From Coprothermobacterota bacterium (lineage in GTDB: Bacteria; Coprothermobacterota; HKB111), in assembly GCA_037440465.1 (NCBI GenBank), contig JBBIUB010000001.1, forward strand, positions 32,001-96,000: a stretch of 64,000 nt of DNA, in the 5' to 3' direction. Each line of letters begins with the position of its first letter. The stretch's first letter is position 1. Of the stretch, positions 28,522 to 38,622 are shown piece after piece. The position numbers and the translations under genes are program-made. Below the pieces are notes generated by a model that did not search any database, was not told the origin of the DNA, and worked only from the letters and a program-made list of their open reading frames with translations.

Positions 28522-29730
28522 TTATTGATGTTTTGTCCTCTCTAATTTGTAGAATAAGAGGTAAAAAAGACTTATTGAAGCTGAGTACAAAACAATAGCA
28601 TAATAGAAAATATTACTATAACCATATGTTTCAATAATTGTTCCTCCTATCCTCATACTTATAGCTCTTGCAAGAGAATCTGTCATATTAGCTACACTGT
28701 TCACTACAGGTCTTTCAACAGATGTGGTTATTTCCATTGCAAAGTTCTGATTCGCTGGTCCAGACATATTCATCAAAGCTTGCCTGATAAGAAAAGAAGG
28801 AATCACCAGCATTAAGCTTCGACTTGAACCAAGAATATACATAAAAGGTAAGGAACAGAGTTCTGTAACAACTACTGTGCCCACAAGACCCAATTTCCTG
28901 ACCAGACGGGGTGTTGTAAGGATAGCTAAAAATGTACTGAATTGAGCAAGGGTGAAAAGGATACCGATATTATTAGACGACAATAAGTGAACAGATTTAA
29001 AATATAAATTTAAAAAAGGTACGAATAATCCTGCTCCTAATCCGATTAACAACCTCGGAAGAAGAAGACGAAGTATCAAGCTATACCTTACCTTGCCCCA
29101 TAATTTCAAAAAACCTCCATCTATTTCAATCTTTTTAAATGGAAGTTTTGAAAGAAAAGGTATACATAATAATCCCACGCTCAATCCGATGAACATTGTC
29201 CATTGATAACGTAGCCCCAGATTTATTCCTTGAGAAAACATCTGTGGTAAATAACCACCAGTAAGACTACCAATTGCGTGGGAAAGTAGGTGGGCTCCTG
29301 AAACAAGACTGAATATGTAGGGCCTTTCCTCTTTTTCAGAATTATCCATAAGATACGGAGGAGTTGCCACCACAAAAACCATTTCAGAAAAACCAATGAT
29401 TAAAGAGAGACCAGCTAAAATTTCCTGCTTAGGAAAAATAACCATCGTAAGTTGTAGAAGAAAAGAAATCAAAAAAGAACCAGAAAAAGCAATCTTAGAT
29501 GGAAGTCTATGGACCAAAGCTGCAGCAGGTATAGCAAAAATAACATTACCCATAGCTCTATAACTCAGTATTGAACCAATCGCCCTTTCTCCCAAGCCTG
29601 CTTCTTTTAGAAATAGGTTAAACACCAGTGAAAAATATGCCCCGCCCAACCCAAAAAAAAGAAGGGCAAACAGAAGTAGCTTTATCTCTCTTTTAAAATT
29701 CTTTAATTGGTTGATATATTCAATAATCAA
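28522..29730 (-). CDS. MFS transporter
   Basis: About twelve hydrophobic segments; FNLFL and PFLNLYF repeats. Confidence 0.85.
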   Translation of the reverse strand: MIIEYINQLKNFKREIKLLLFALLFFGLGGAYFSLVFNLFLKEAGLGERAIGSILSYRAMGNVIFAIPAAALVHRLPSKIAFSGSFLISFLLQLTMVIFPKQEILAGLSLIIGFSEMVFVVATPPYLMDNSEKEERPYIFSLVSGAHLLSHAIGSLTGGYLPQMFSQGINLGLRYQWTMFIGLSVGLLCIPFLSKLPFKKIEIDGGFLKLWGKVRYSLILRLLLPRLLIGLGAGLFVPFLNLYFKSVHLLSSNNIGILFTLAQFSTFLAILTTPRLVRKLGLVGTVVVTELCSLPFMYILGSSRSLMLVIPSFLIRQALMNMSGPANQNFAMEITTSVERPVVNSVANMTDSLARAISMRIGGTIIETYGYSNIFYYAIVLYSASISLFYLLFYKLERTKHQ

Positions 29731-29943
29731 TCTTCATCCTCGAATATTTCGTTAATATAAATAGATATTATAACTTATTAACGACCGTTATAATAACCAA
29801 ATATTTTAAGAGCTTATAAAAGAAGGGAAACATTAACTTAAATACTTTTAGAAAATAAAATATATTAGTCATTTCTATTTTAGGCTTGATTAGTTTAAAA
29901 TAATATTAAATAATTATGATTCTATCATTACAGGAGTTGAAAA

Positions 29944-30332
29944 ATGAATATAGTAGCCTTCAATGGAAGTCTGATAGTTGAAGGAAATACCGAAATTCTT
30001 CTCAAAGAAACATTGAAACCTGTACAAAAAGGACTACACGAAATCATATTTTTCAAGTTAAATGAAATGAATATTAAGCCCTACCAGAACTGTGGTGGCT
30101 GCGAGAGAACAGCGCTCAAGCTAAAATTATGATAGATAGATGTCAGTGTTTATGGTGTGAAAAGTACCTTCTTTAAAAACCAGTTATAGCAGGTACTGAT
30201 GGTAGAAAAGGCGAACACAAAACCTTGGGTTTCCTGGGAATTGATGCCAAGGGTGATATCTTAAACCACCCAACAGCGTTAATAGAGTCCTTTCAAGAGG
30301 GAGAAAAGCTGATAACTATTAGAACAAAATAA
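29944..30332 (+). pseudogene. Decayed iron-sulfur flavoprotein/NADPH-dependent FMN reductase
   Basis: The first frame gives IVAFNGS..GNTEILL..IKPYQNCGGC. A shifted frame continues SAQAKIMIDRCQCLW..*..GIDAKGDILNHP. There is a frameshift, an in-frame TAA and missing internal blocks. Confidence 0.8.
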
Positions 30333-30344
30333 GGAGGAGTTTAT

Positions 30345-31565
30345 ATGAAGATTGGGATATTAGCCTTAACTTCCGGAGAAGAATGGAAGAATGAAAAAAA
30401 TGAACTTTTAAATCAACTAAAAGATGTTTTATTCAAACAAGGATTTGATTCAGATGAGGTAACAAATAACTTTCCTGAATTTGATTATGTATTAACCTTT
30501 GTGATAACTGGTGGTACAGAAGGTAAGTTTAGAGAAAACTTAAGATTTCTGAAACCTCCATATATAATTGTTGCTCATCCTTACTACAATTCTCTTCCTG
30601 CATCCCTGGAAATAAAAGCCTTTTTAGGTAAAAAGGGGGGTATCTTTCTTTTTGAAAAAGAAAAAGTTGAAAATGAACTTACAAAGATGCTTAAGGTCAT
30701 AAAAATAAAAAAAACTCTTAATAGTAAAACTATTGCACTTATTGGAAACCCATCTTTCTGGCTCATAGCATCTTCTCCTCCCCTCCAACTTATAAAAGAA
30801 AGATTCGGTTTAGAAGTAAAACAAGTACCACTTGAAGAGCTAATTAGTGAGTATGAAAGGTTGAAAGAAGAAGATGTATTAGACGAAGCAGAAAGTATTC
30901 TCAAAAGAACTTCTGAGATAATAAAAATAGATATAAAAGATATAGTAAAAGCCCTAAAACTTAAAAAATCCATTGAGTCTATCAGGGAAAAAGAATATTT
31001 TGATTACCTTTCTCTTGAATGTTTCAGCTTAATCAAGCCTCTTGATACAACAGGCTGCCTTGCCCTTTCCTTATTCAATGATATTGATCTCGTTTCAGGA
31101 TGCGAAGGTGATTTACCTTCAACCTTGACTATGATAATTTTAAAGGAGATTAGTGGTTCTCCCAATTTCTTAGGTAACATAAGCTGGGTAAAACAGAAGG
31201 GAGATATTTCTGAAGTTACTCTTACTCACTGCACAATAGCTACATCCATTTTATCTTACTTCCAACTTACTACTCACTTTGAGACAGGAAAAGGAGTCGG
31301 AATTAAGGGTTTCCTTCCTGAAAACATTGGAACTTTAGCAAGAATTGGAGGAGAAAGGCTGGAAAAGATTTTCTTCAGGAAGGCTCAAATCACTAATAAC
31401 CTAAACCAGGATAATCTTTGTAGAACACAATTATTGTTGGAAGTTGAAAACTCTAAACAATACTTTTTAAAAGAACCCCTCGGAAATCACCATATCTGGA
31501 CCTCAGGAAACCTTCAAAATGAACTTAAAATATTCGCTGAGATATTCAATTTAGAAAAAATTTAA
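30345..31565 (+). CDS. L-fucose/L-arabinose isomerase-like protein
   Basis: TGGTE, NSLPASLEI, ECF, TGCLALS, GCEGD, HCT, THFE, CRTQ and LGNHH motifs. Confidence 0.7.
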   Translation: MKIGILALTSGEEWKNEKNELLNQLKDVLFKQGFDSDEVTNNFPEFDYVLTFVITGGTEGKFRENLRFLKPPYIIVAHPYYNSLPASLEIKAFLGKKGGIFLFEKEKVENELTKMLKVIKIKKTLNSKTIALIGNPSFWLIASSPPLQLIKERFGLEVKQVPLEELISEYERLKEEDVLDEAESILKRTSEIIKIDIKDIVKALKLKKSIESIREKEYFDYLSLECFSLIKPLDTTGCLALSLFNDIDLVSGCEGDLPSTLTMIILKEISGSPNFLGNISWVKQKGDISEVTLTHCTIATSILSYFQLTTHFETGKGVGIKGFLPENIGTLARIGGERLEKIFFRKAQITNNLNQDNLCRTQLLLEVENSKQYFLKEPLGNHHIWTSGNLQNELKIFAEIFNLEKI

Positions 31566-31588
31566 TAAACTAAGCTAAGGGGATTAGA

Positions 31589-32914
31589 TTAATTTGAATG
31601 GTAATCTTGAAGCTTCTTACTACCCTTTAAACGATGAAGACGTCGATTTCTCTCGTCAACCTCTTTTTTTATTTCATCAAGATCAACCGATAATATCTTC
31701 CTGTTTTTCACTACCAACTCACCATTCACTATCACTGAATCTACATCCCCCTCCTGTATAGAGTAAAGGATATGTGCAAAGAGATGGTCTTCTGGAATAA
31801 GAGAAGGTGAGTTTTTCTTTATCAGAATAATATCAGCTTTGAATCCTTCCTGGATTTCTCCAAGGTCTGATAAACCCAACACATTAGCGCCTTTTACAGC
31901 CATAAGAGGTAAAACCTCTTCTATCTTTATTATTTCCGGGTTTCGGGCAACGACTTTACCCATTAAAGCTCCCATTCTTGCTGCCTCTATAATACTTAGA
32001 GAATTCCCAGAAGTAGTACCATCCGTACCCAAACCTACTTTTACTCCTCCCCTTATAGCTCTTTCCAGAAAGTTATTGGAATCGCCAAACTTCATATAGG
32101 TTTTAGGACAATGAGCGATACCTCCTCCCATGGTTTTTATCAGTTTAAAATCCTCATCTGTCGCATAAAGGGCGTGGGCAAGTATCGTTCCTTCTCTTAA
32201 AATACCCATTTCCCGTATAACCTCAACAGGTGTTTTTCCATTCCTGTTTAAACTTATTGCTACTTCCTTTTTTGTCTCTGAAACATGAATATGACTTTTA
32301 AGCCCTGTTTGTTTACTAATATCCGCAACTCTTCTTAAAAAATCTTCAGGACAGGTGTAAGGAGAGTGAGGACCGAGAGAAATATTAAGGCGGGTGTTCA
32401 AACCAACATAACTCTCATTAAACTTCATGGCTTGTTTGAATTTACTTTCCCAGTTTTCACCCAGACCAAAAATGGCATAAGCCAGATCAGCCCTCATGCC
32501 TATCTCATCGTAAGCCTGAAAAGCCTTCTCCATAAAGAAATAGTGGTCGGTAACTGTTGTTACGCCATTTAGCAACATCTCACATGCACCAAGAAGTGTT
32601 CCCCAGTAGACATCGTCAGGCTCAAGGTTAGCTTCTAATTTCCAGATTCCTTCATTAAACCAGACCTCCGGTGTCACATCCTCAACAGCTCCCCTTAGAA
32701 GAGTCATAGCTACATGAGAGTGAGTATTAATCAATCCTGGTAGAGCATAGAATATACTTCCATCAATTACCTCCTCGTTTTCACGAGTTGGAGTAGAGGT
32801 TGTCCCTGCTGTTTCTACGATATTGGTAATTCTTCCATTTTCTATAATAATATCTTTATTATTAAAAACCTTAAGTTGAGAAAGGTTAATGATATCAATA
32901 TTCTTAATTAACAT
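31589..32914 (-). CDS. Amidohydrolase, MtaD/DadD-like nucleoside deaminase
   Basis: PGLINTHSH, PHSPYTC, HIHVSET, AH, HCP, GTDG and ADII motifs. Confidence 0.85.
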   Translation of the reverse strand: MLIKNIDIINLSQLKVFNNKDIIIENGRITNIVETAGTTSTPTRENEEVIDGSIFYALPGLINTHSHVAMTLLRGAVEDVTPEVWFNEGIWKLEANLEPDDVYWGTLLGACEMLLNGVTTVTDHYFFMEKAFQAYDEIGMRADLAYAIFGLGENWESKFKQAMKFNESYVGLNTRLNISLGPHSPYTCPEDFLRRVADISKQTGLKSHIHVSETKKEVAISLNRNGKTPVEVIREMGILREGTILAHALYATDEDFKLIKTMGGGIAHCPKTYMKFGDSNNFLERAIRGGVKVGLGTDGTTSGNSLSIIEAARMGALMGKVVARNPEIIKIEEVLPLMAVKGANVLGLSDLGEIQEGFKADIILIKKNSPSLIPEDHLFAHILYSIQEGDVDSVIVNGELVVKNRKILSVDLDEIKKEVDERNRRLHRLKGSKKLQDYHSN

Positions 32915-33859
32915 TTACCCTCCTGATCTCTTATCAAGATTAGCAATTGCAAAGAAAACCATCTCCTTAAAATGTGGTAGATTCAAATCAAATGCCACAT
33001 CCACGTTAGCTTTTTCTCCAGTGATACCATATACATCCACCACTGTTCTTCCTCTAGTAAACTCCCCCGATGTTTCAATCTTTACAGCTAACTTCCTTGT
33101 TTTAACTATTCCCTCTTCAATGACTTCAGCCACTGCAAGAGCATCATGAAGTGGAGCACCATTAAAGGAGAAAACTTCTCTGTAAGTAGAAATGTAAAAT
33201 GATAGGAGATCAGCCACCTTCTTAGAAACCATACCGTTCATCATTCTAAATTTTTCCACATCTTCATTAATAAAAACAGCTTTATGAGTGGCATCCAGGC
33301 TCACCATGGTAATGGGAAGTCCCGACTCAAAAACAATCTTAGCTGCTTCCGGATCTACAAAAATATTGAATTCCGATGCAGGAGTAATGTTACTCTCAAA
33401 AACTGCTCCACCCATAAGAACTATTCGCTCAATTTTCTGTTTGATTTCTGGTTCTTTAACCAAGGCAATTGCTATATTGGTTAGAGGACCTGTGGGTATT
33501 AAAAATACTTTTTCTTCTGAAGATCTGCAGGTCTCAATTATTAAGTCCACTGCATGGATTGGTTGAGGTGTAATGTCCGGTTTAGGAAGATCTACTCCTT
33601 CAAGCCCAGAAACTCCATGAATCTCTGGAGCTGTTCTAAGTTCTCTGAGAATAGGTTTTGAAAATCCAGCTGCTACCTTAACTATCCTTTCATTTATAAG
33701 AGTCAATATTCTTAAAGTATTATCAAGGGTTTTATTAAGGGTTTGGTTGCCTGCTACTACCGTAACACATTGAACATTCAATATATTAGAACCAAACGCC
33801 AACATTAGAGCGATGGCATCATCGTGACCTGGATCGCAATCAATAATAACCTTTTTCAT
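32915..33859 (-). CDS. Inosine/uridine-preferring nucleoside hydrolase (Rih family)
   Basis: DCDPGHDD, HG..GL, TGPLTN, MGG, EFNIFVDPEAA and LHD motifs. Confidence 0.93.
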   Translation of the reverse strand: MKKVIIDCDPGHDDAIALMLAFGSNILNVQCVTVVAGNQTLNKTLDNTLRILTLINERIVKVAAGFSKPILRELRTAPEIHGVSGLEGVDLPKPDITPQPIHAVDLIIETCRSSEEKVFLIPTGPLTNIAIALVKEPEIKQKIERIVLMGGAVFESNITPASEFNIFVDPEAAKIVFESGLPITMVSLDATHKAVFINEDVEKFRMMNGMVSKKVADLLSFYISTYREVFSFNGAPLHDALAVAEVIEEGIVKTRKLAVKIETSGEFTRGRTVVDVYGITGEKANVDVAFDLNLPHFKEMVFFAIANLDKRSGG

Positions 33860-34764
33860 TTATCCTCCTTGGTTCTAAGAGAATAAAACACCAGAAAAAC
33901 TATAGTGGCTAAATAAGGAATCAGTTCTATGAACTCTGAAGGCACTCTTAATGACTTGAAGTAAATTGCCAGAGCATTAGTAAGACCGAAAAGTATAGAA
34001 GCTAATAAGACACCTATGGGCTTATGTCCTCCTATTGTAGAAGCAGCGATGGCTATGAAACCTCTACCAGCAACCATGTCTCTACCAAACCAGGTAACAT
34101 ATCCCATTGAAAGGTACAACCCACCAAGGGCACCAAAAAATCCACTCAAAGCTAAAGCTAACATCTTTGTCTTAAAAACACTAATACCTACTGAAGATGC
34201 AGCATTAGGGTTTTGACCCACTGCTCTAATCCTTAAGCCTATTGGAGTCTTGTAGATGAGAATATAAAAAATAATCACAGATAAGAAGGATAAGTAAGTA
34301 AGTAAATTATGCCCACTAAGCGCTTTACCTATATATGGTAATTCTTTTATTAAAGGAATATGAACTACAGGAAAAGCTAAGCTGTTGAGAGAACTGGAAA
34401 CTCCTTTATCACCCGATGCCAGATAGAGAAGAAAAACTGTCAAGCCTGAAGCAAGCATATTCAGGGCAATACCAGAAAGGATGATGTTAGCTTTAAGTTT
34501 CATACTAAAATAACCAAGGAGTAGGGCAAAAGAAATTCCTGCCAGACTACCAATCAGGAAAGAAATAATTAAATTTTTAGTAAGCGCACTAACCAGTACA
34601 CCAATAAATGCGGAAAAAAGCATTATCCCTTCCAGGGCAATGTTAACTGTTCCACTCTGATTGGATATGGCTACTCCTATGCTGGCATATAATAAAGGTG
34701 TAGTGACTCTTAATATAGTAAAAACAAATCCTATAGAGAAAATACTCTTAAGAACTGCTTCCAT
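33856..34764 (-). CDS. Nucleoside ABC transporter permease (NupC/YufQ-like)
   Basis: SGTVNIALEG, TPIGLRIRAVG and GRGFIAIAA motifs. Start set to ATG 34764 after AAGGAGG. Confidence 0.9.
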   Translation of the reverse strand: MEAVLKSIFSIGFVFTILRVTTPLLYASIGVAISNQSGTVNIALEGIMLFSAFIGVLVSALTKNLIISFLIGSLAGISFALLLGYFSMKLKANIILSGIALNMLASGLTVFLLYLASGDKGVSSSLNSLAFPVVHIPLIKELPYIGKALSGHNLLTYLSFLSVIIFYILIYKTPIGLRIRAVGQNPNAASSVGISVFKTKMLALALSGFFGALGGLYLSMGYVTWFGRDMVAGRGFIAIAASTIGGHKPIGVLLASILFGLTNALAIYFKSLRVPSEFIELIPYLATIVFLVFYSLRTKEDK

Positions 34765-35812
34765 CTTTTGCTGCCTCCTTAACAATCAAACGATGTCTCC
34801 AGAACTCAAGAAAAGCCTGAGAAGTCACTAGTAGAATAATAATTGCCTGGATTACTGTTACCATTTCTGCAGGGATATCAGTCACTAAATTAACAATTTG
34901 AGCACCAGTGATAAGATAAGAAATAAAAAGAGATGTCACGATTATTAAAAGTGGGTGGTTACCAGCAATAATGGCAGCCATAATTCCATTCCAACCATAT
35001 CCAGGAGACGCTTGCCAGTTAAATCTCCCATGGATACCCATAACTTCTATCATTCCTCCCATTGCTGCTAAAGCACCACCAAGAACAATAGAATAAAGGA
35101 TGACTCTTTTCACATTTATCCCGCCATACTTAGCAAAGCTTAAGTTCGCACCAACCATTCTTATCTCATATCCCCATTTAGTATGAAAAAGAAAGATGTA
35201 AACAAGAAAAGCAGCAATAAGAGCAAAGATTATACCAAGATGGATTCGTGTACGTGGGATAAATTGAGCCAACAGTACAGTTTTAGGAATAGCATTGGAA
35301 ACGAGGTAGCCAGCAGCTTGATCCCTGAAGTGAAAATTAATAATATAAAGACCTGAATAATAGAGGATAAAATTAAACATCAAGCTTGTTACAAACTCAT
35401 TTATCTTAAGACGGGTTTTCAGAAGAGCTGGTATTAAACCAACAAACATCCCTACGATAAACACAAATGCAAGAAGAAGAAAGTGATGTAAACCAGAAGG
35501 GAACCTTGTAAGAAGAGCAAAAGCAGTGCCAAGAGTACCACCAAAGTAAAGAGCGCCTTCAGCTCCAACCCAAAACTGTTTTGCTTGAAAAGGAATGGAT
35601 GCAGCAAGACCGCAGAATATTAATGGTGTTGCTGTTTCAAATATAAAGCTTAACCTGCTTCTTGAAGCAAGAGGACCGATAAGCAGACTTCTTATCGAAA
35701 GAAGAGGGTTATCGCTGACCAGAAACATAATAATAAAAGCCAGCGTCAGTCCAATTGAAATTGAGAGAAGGACTCTTATTAAATCAAAATATTTTAGAAT
35801 AAAACCTCTCAC
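34748..35812 (-). CDS. Nucleoside ABC transporter permease (NupB/YufP-like)
   Basis: TPLIFCGL, GAEG, NEFVTSLMFN, TKWGYEIRMVGAN and GYGWNGI motifs. Confidence 0.9.
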   Translation of the reverse strand: MRGFILKYFDLIRVLLSISIGLTLAFIIMFLVSDNPLLSIRSLLIGPLASRSRLSFIFETATPLIFCGLAASIPFQAKQFWVGAEGALYFGGTLGTAFALLTRFPSGLHHFLLLAFVFIVGMFVGLIPALLKTRLKINEFVTSLMFNFILYYSGLYIINFHFRDQAAGYLVSNAIPKTVLLAQFIPRTRIHLGIIFALIAAFLVYIFLFHTKWGYEIRMVGANLSFAKYGGINVKRVILYSIVLGGALAAMGGMIEVMGIHGRFNWQASPGYGWNGIMAAIIAGNHPLLIIVTSLFISYLITGAQIVNLVTDIPAEMVTVIQAIIILLVTSQAFLEFWRHRLIVKEAAKDGSSS

Positions 35813-37338
35813 TACATAACCTCCTTCTTTTTAATACCCAACATATAAGGTCCCAGGTCTTTCCCATTCAAATCAGGCGTATTAACAAACTCACCTACGA
35901 TTTCTCCTGAATAAATAACCAGGATTCTTGTAGATAACTTAAGAACTTCTTCAAGATCTGCAGAAATAAGCAAGATGGCAGCTCCTTTGTTACGAAATTC
36001 AATAAGAAGACGATGAACGGTATCGGTAGCAGAAACATCAATACCCATAGTAGGTTGATCAGCAATAATAAGTTCTGGGCTGGAAGATAACTCTCTGGCC
36101 ACAACTACTCTTTGAATGTTACCCCCAGAGAGTGAGCCTACCCGAGCATGAGCATTAGGGGTAGCTATAGAAAAACTTTTAATCAATTCCTTTGCATATT
36201 GATTAATATTTTTCCAATTAAGAAACAGTATATTAGAGAAGGGTTTTTTCTGATACCTATCCACTATCAAATTTTCTTGAGTAGAGATATCAAGAGCAGC
36301 TCCGTGTTTCATCCTATCTTCAGGTATGTGGGCTACACCTTTCTCCCTTATTTTCCGTGGAAGATGACCAAGAATATTATCCCCCTTAAAGATAATTTCT
36401 CCGTAACTACTGGTTCTCAAGCCAGTAATAATCTCAGCGAGCTCAGTTTGACCATTCCCTTCTATTCCAGCAATACCGAGAATCTCACCTTTTTTTAATT
36501 CAAAATTAATCTTATTTAAAACAGGCCTTCTTTCTAAATTCATATATGAGAGATCCTTGACTATAAGAGATGATTCCCCCACTTTAAGAGATTGCTCCAC
36601 TTTCTCAAAAGAAAGATCTCTCCCAACCATAAGATAGGCCATATCTTTCTCCGTTGTATTTTCAACCATTTGAGTGGCTACAACCTTTCCATCCCTCATG
36701 ACAGTTACAAGATCAGCTACTGCTTTAACTTCTTTTAGTTTATGAGAAATAAATACTATTGTTTTACCTATCTTCTTTAAGCCCTTAAGTGTTTCAAATA
36801 ACACTTCAGTCTCTTGGGGAGTTAGGATAGAGGTTGGTTCATCAAGAATCAAAAGTTCTACTTCTCTAACCAAAGCCTTAAGGATTTCTACCCTTTGTTG
36901 AACACCAATGGGTAAATCCTTTATCTTTAAGCGGGAAGGCACTGAAAGACTGTAATATTTTGATGCATCTTCAGCAGATTTCAGAGTTTTTTTAATATCC
37001 AGGAAGACTCCTTTTCTTGGTTCTATCCCGAGAAATAAGTTCTCAGCCACTGTTAAGTCAGGGGCTAACATAAGATGTTGATGAACCATGCCTATTCCCA
37101 GCTTAATAGCTTCGTGGGAATCAAAAATTTTTACTTTCTTACCTTTAAAGTAAATCTCACCCTCGTCGGGTCTTTCAAGACCAAAAACAATTTTCATAAG
37201 GGTACTCTTCCCAGCACCATTTTCACCAACTAATGCATGAATAGTGCCAGGTTCAACCTTCAAGGAAACACCTCTGTTAGCTACAACACCATTTGGATAT
37301 ACTTTGACTATGTCTTTTACTTCAAGAATTGGATTCAT
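35812..37338 (-). CDS. Nucleoside ABC transporter ATP-binding protein (tandem NBD, CUT2 family)
   Basis: GENGAGKST, LDEPT, GIEGNGQ and LSGGN motifs. Confidence 0.95.
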   Translation of the reverse strand: MNPILEVKDIVKVYPNGVVANRGVSLKVEPGTIHALVGENGAGKSTLMKIVFGLERPDEGEIYFKGKKVKIFDSHEAIKLGIGMVHQHLMLAPDLTVAENLFLGIEPRKGVFLDIKKTLKSAEDASKYYSLSVPSRLKIKDLPIGVQQRVEILKALVREVELLILDEPTSILTPQETEVLFETLKGLKKIGKTIVFISHKLKEVKAVADLVTVMRDGKVVATQMVENTTEKDMAYLMVGRDLSFEKVEQSLKVGESSLIVKDLSYMNLERRPVLNKINFELKKGEILGIAGIEGNGQTELAEIITGLRTSSYGEIIFKGDNILGHLPRKIREKGVAHIPEDRMKHGAALDISTQENLIVDRYQKKPFSNILFLNWKNINQYAKELIKSFSIATPNAHARVGSLSGGNIQRVVVARELSSSPELIIADQPTMGIDVSATDTVHRLLIEFRNKGAAILLISADLEEVLKLSTRILVIYSGEIVGEFVNTPDLNGKDLGPYMLGIKKKEVM

Positions 37339-37357
37339 CTATACTCCTGAAAGAATA

Positions 37358-37380
37358 GGGGGAGGTTGAGAACCTCCCCC
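37358..37380 (-). terminator. GC-rich stem-loop between the binding-protein and ATPase genes (partial terminator or mRNA stabiliser)
   Basis: GGGGGAGGTT-GAG-AACCTCCCCC forms a 10-bp stem, followed on the minus strand by TATTCTTTC. Confidence 0.65.
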
Positions 37381-37389
37381 CACCAGGTC

Positions 37390-38457
37390 TTAACCACTGA
37401 CGAAAGCGGTATCGACCTTAATTTCACCGTCTAAAATTTTCTTCTCCAGTTCCTTTATAAAATCTATAAATTCCTGGGAAACCAATTTTCTATAAATTTC
37501 GTTATTGGCTACTCCAACGCCTTCCTCTTTAATACCCAGAGCTTCAGCTTGACCTAAAGGCATCTTATTTTCTTTATAAAGTCTAATTGCTCTATATAAA
37601 GACTTATCAACATTTTTAAGCATGGAGGTTACAATAAGATTGGCTTTTGCAGGATCGCTTTCAGCGAAGAGAAGGGACTGGTCAGAGTCAACGCCAATGG
37701 CATATTTATTGGCTTCTTTAGCTGCATCCATTAAACCAAGACCTGTCATACCTGCCACATTAAAAATAATATCTGCTCCCTGAGCATACTGGGCAATACA
37801 GAGTTCCTTCCCCTTGGCAGGGTCAGCAAATGTGCCTGCATAAGATACAAGAACGTTTATGGTTGGATCAACTTGTTTGGCACCCTGAATATAACCTACT
37901 TTAAAGTCGTTTATTACAGGGATATCCATGCCACCGAGAAAGCCTATTGTCTTAGTAGCATTAGCAAGTGGCATTGTAGAAGTAGTAATTTTAGCTGCCA
38001 GTGCACCCACCAAGAATGAGCCTTCATTCTGCTTGTAAAGGATGGAGTAAACATTACTGAGGTTACCTTTACTGTAATCTACTGTAGTATCAAAGATAAT
38101 ATATTTTTTATCTGGATACATCTGAGCAACCTTTTCCAGGTTCTCTTGCATCTGCCAGGTTCCTACAATAATAATATCCCAATCTTGCTCCGATAGTTGG
38201 ACTAAATCTGGTTCCCATTTGGCAGGGTCATAACCACCTTCAATGGTTTTTCCTTCCACATCAAGATCCTGGATAGCCATCTTTAAACCACGATCAGCGG
38301 AATCAAAGAATGACTTGTCGCCGAGAGTTCCATTAATATAGAGAACTACCTTTAACTTGTCCACTACTTCTGGTTCCTCTACCTTGGGTCTTGAAACATA
38401 ATAAACAACTCCGCCAATTACTACTATGGCTACTAAAATCCATACCCAATTTTTCAC
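37390..38457 (-). CDS. BMP family nucleoside-binding protein of the ABC transporter
   Basis: LGDKSFF, GFLGGMDIPVI..F..GY, GADIIF and AIGVDSDQ motifs; N-terminal TM helix. Confidence 0.92.
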   Translation of the reverse strand: MKNWVWILVAIVVIGGVVYYVSRPKVEEPEVVDKLKVVLYINGTLGDKSFFDSADRGLKMAIQDLDVEGKTIEGGYDPAKWEPDLVQLSEQDWDIIIVGTWQMQENLEKVAQMYPDKKYIIFDTTVDYSKGNLSNVYSILYKQNEGSFLVGALAAKITTSTMPLANATKTIGFLGGMDIPVINDFKVGYIQGAKQVDPTINVLVSYAGTFADPAKGKELCIAQYAQGADIIFNVAGMTGLGLMDAAKEANKYAIGVDSDQSLLFAESDPAKANLIVTSMLKNVDKSLYRAIRLYKENKMPLGQAEALGIKEEGVGVANNEIYRKLVSQEFIDFIKELEKKILDGEIKVDTAFVSG

Positions 38458-38482
38458 TTTCCTTTTCCTCCTTACAAGAATT

Positions 38483-38510
38483 ACTTAGAAATTTTACTTT
38501 CTTTCTAAGT
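38483..38510. other. 9-bp inverted repeat upstream of the BMP gene (possible RNA hairpin or operator)
   Basis: ACTTAGAAA-N10-TTTCTAAGT. Confidence 0.3.
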
Positions 38511-38622
38511 TTAACAAAAAACTATTCTTCGCACTGAATCTTTACTATAAAACAACCTCCTTTCTTTCTTAATTTTTCAACTATAAACTTTTTCTTTACA
38601 ATCTCACACATTACTATTTATT

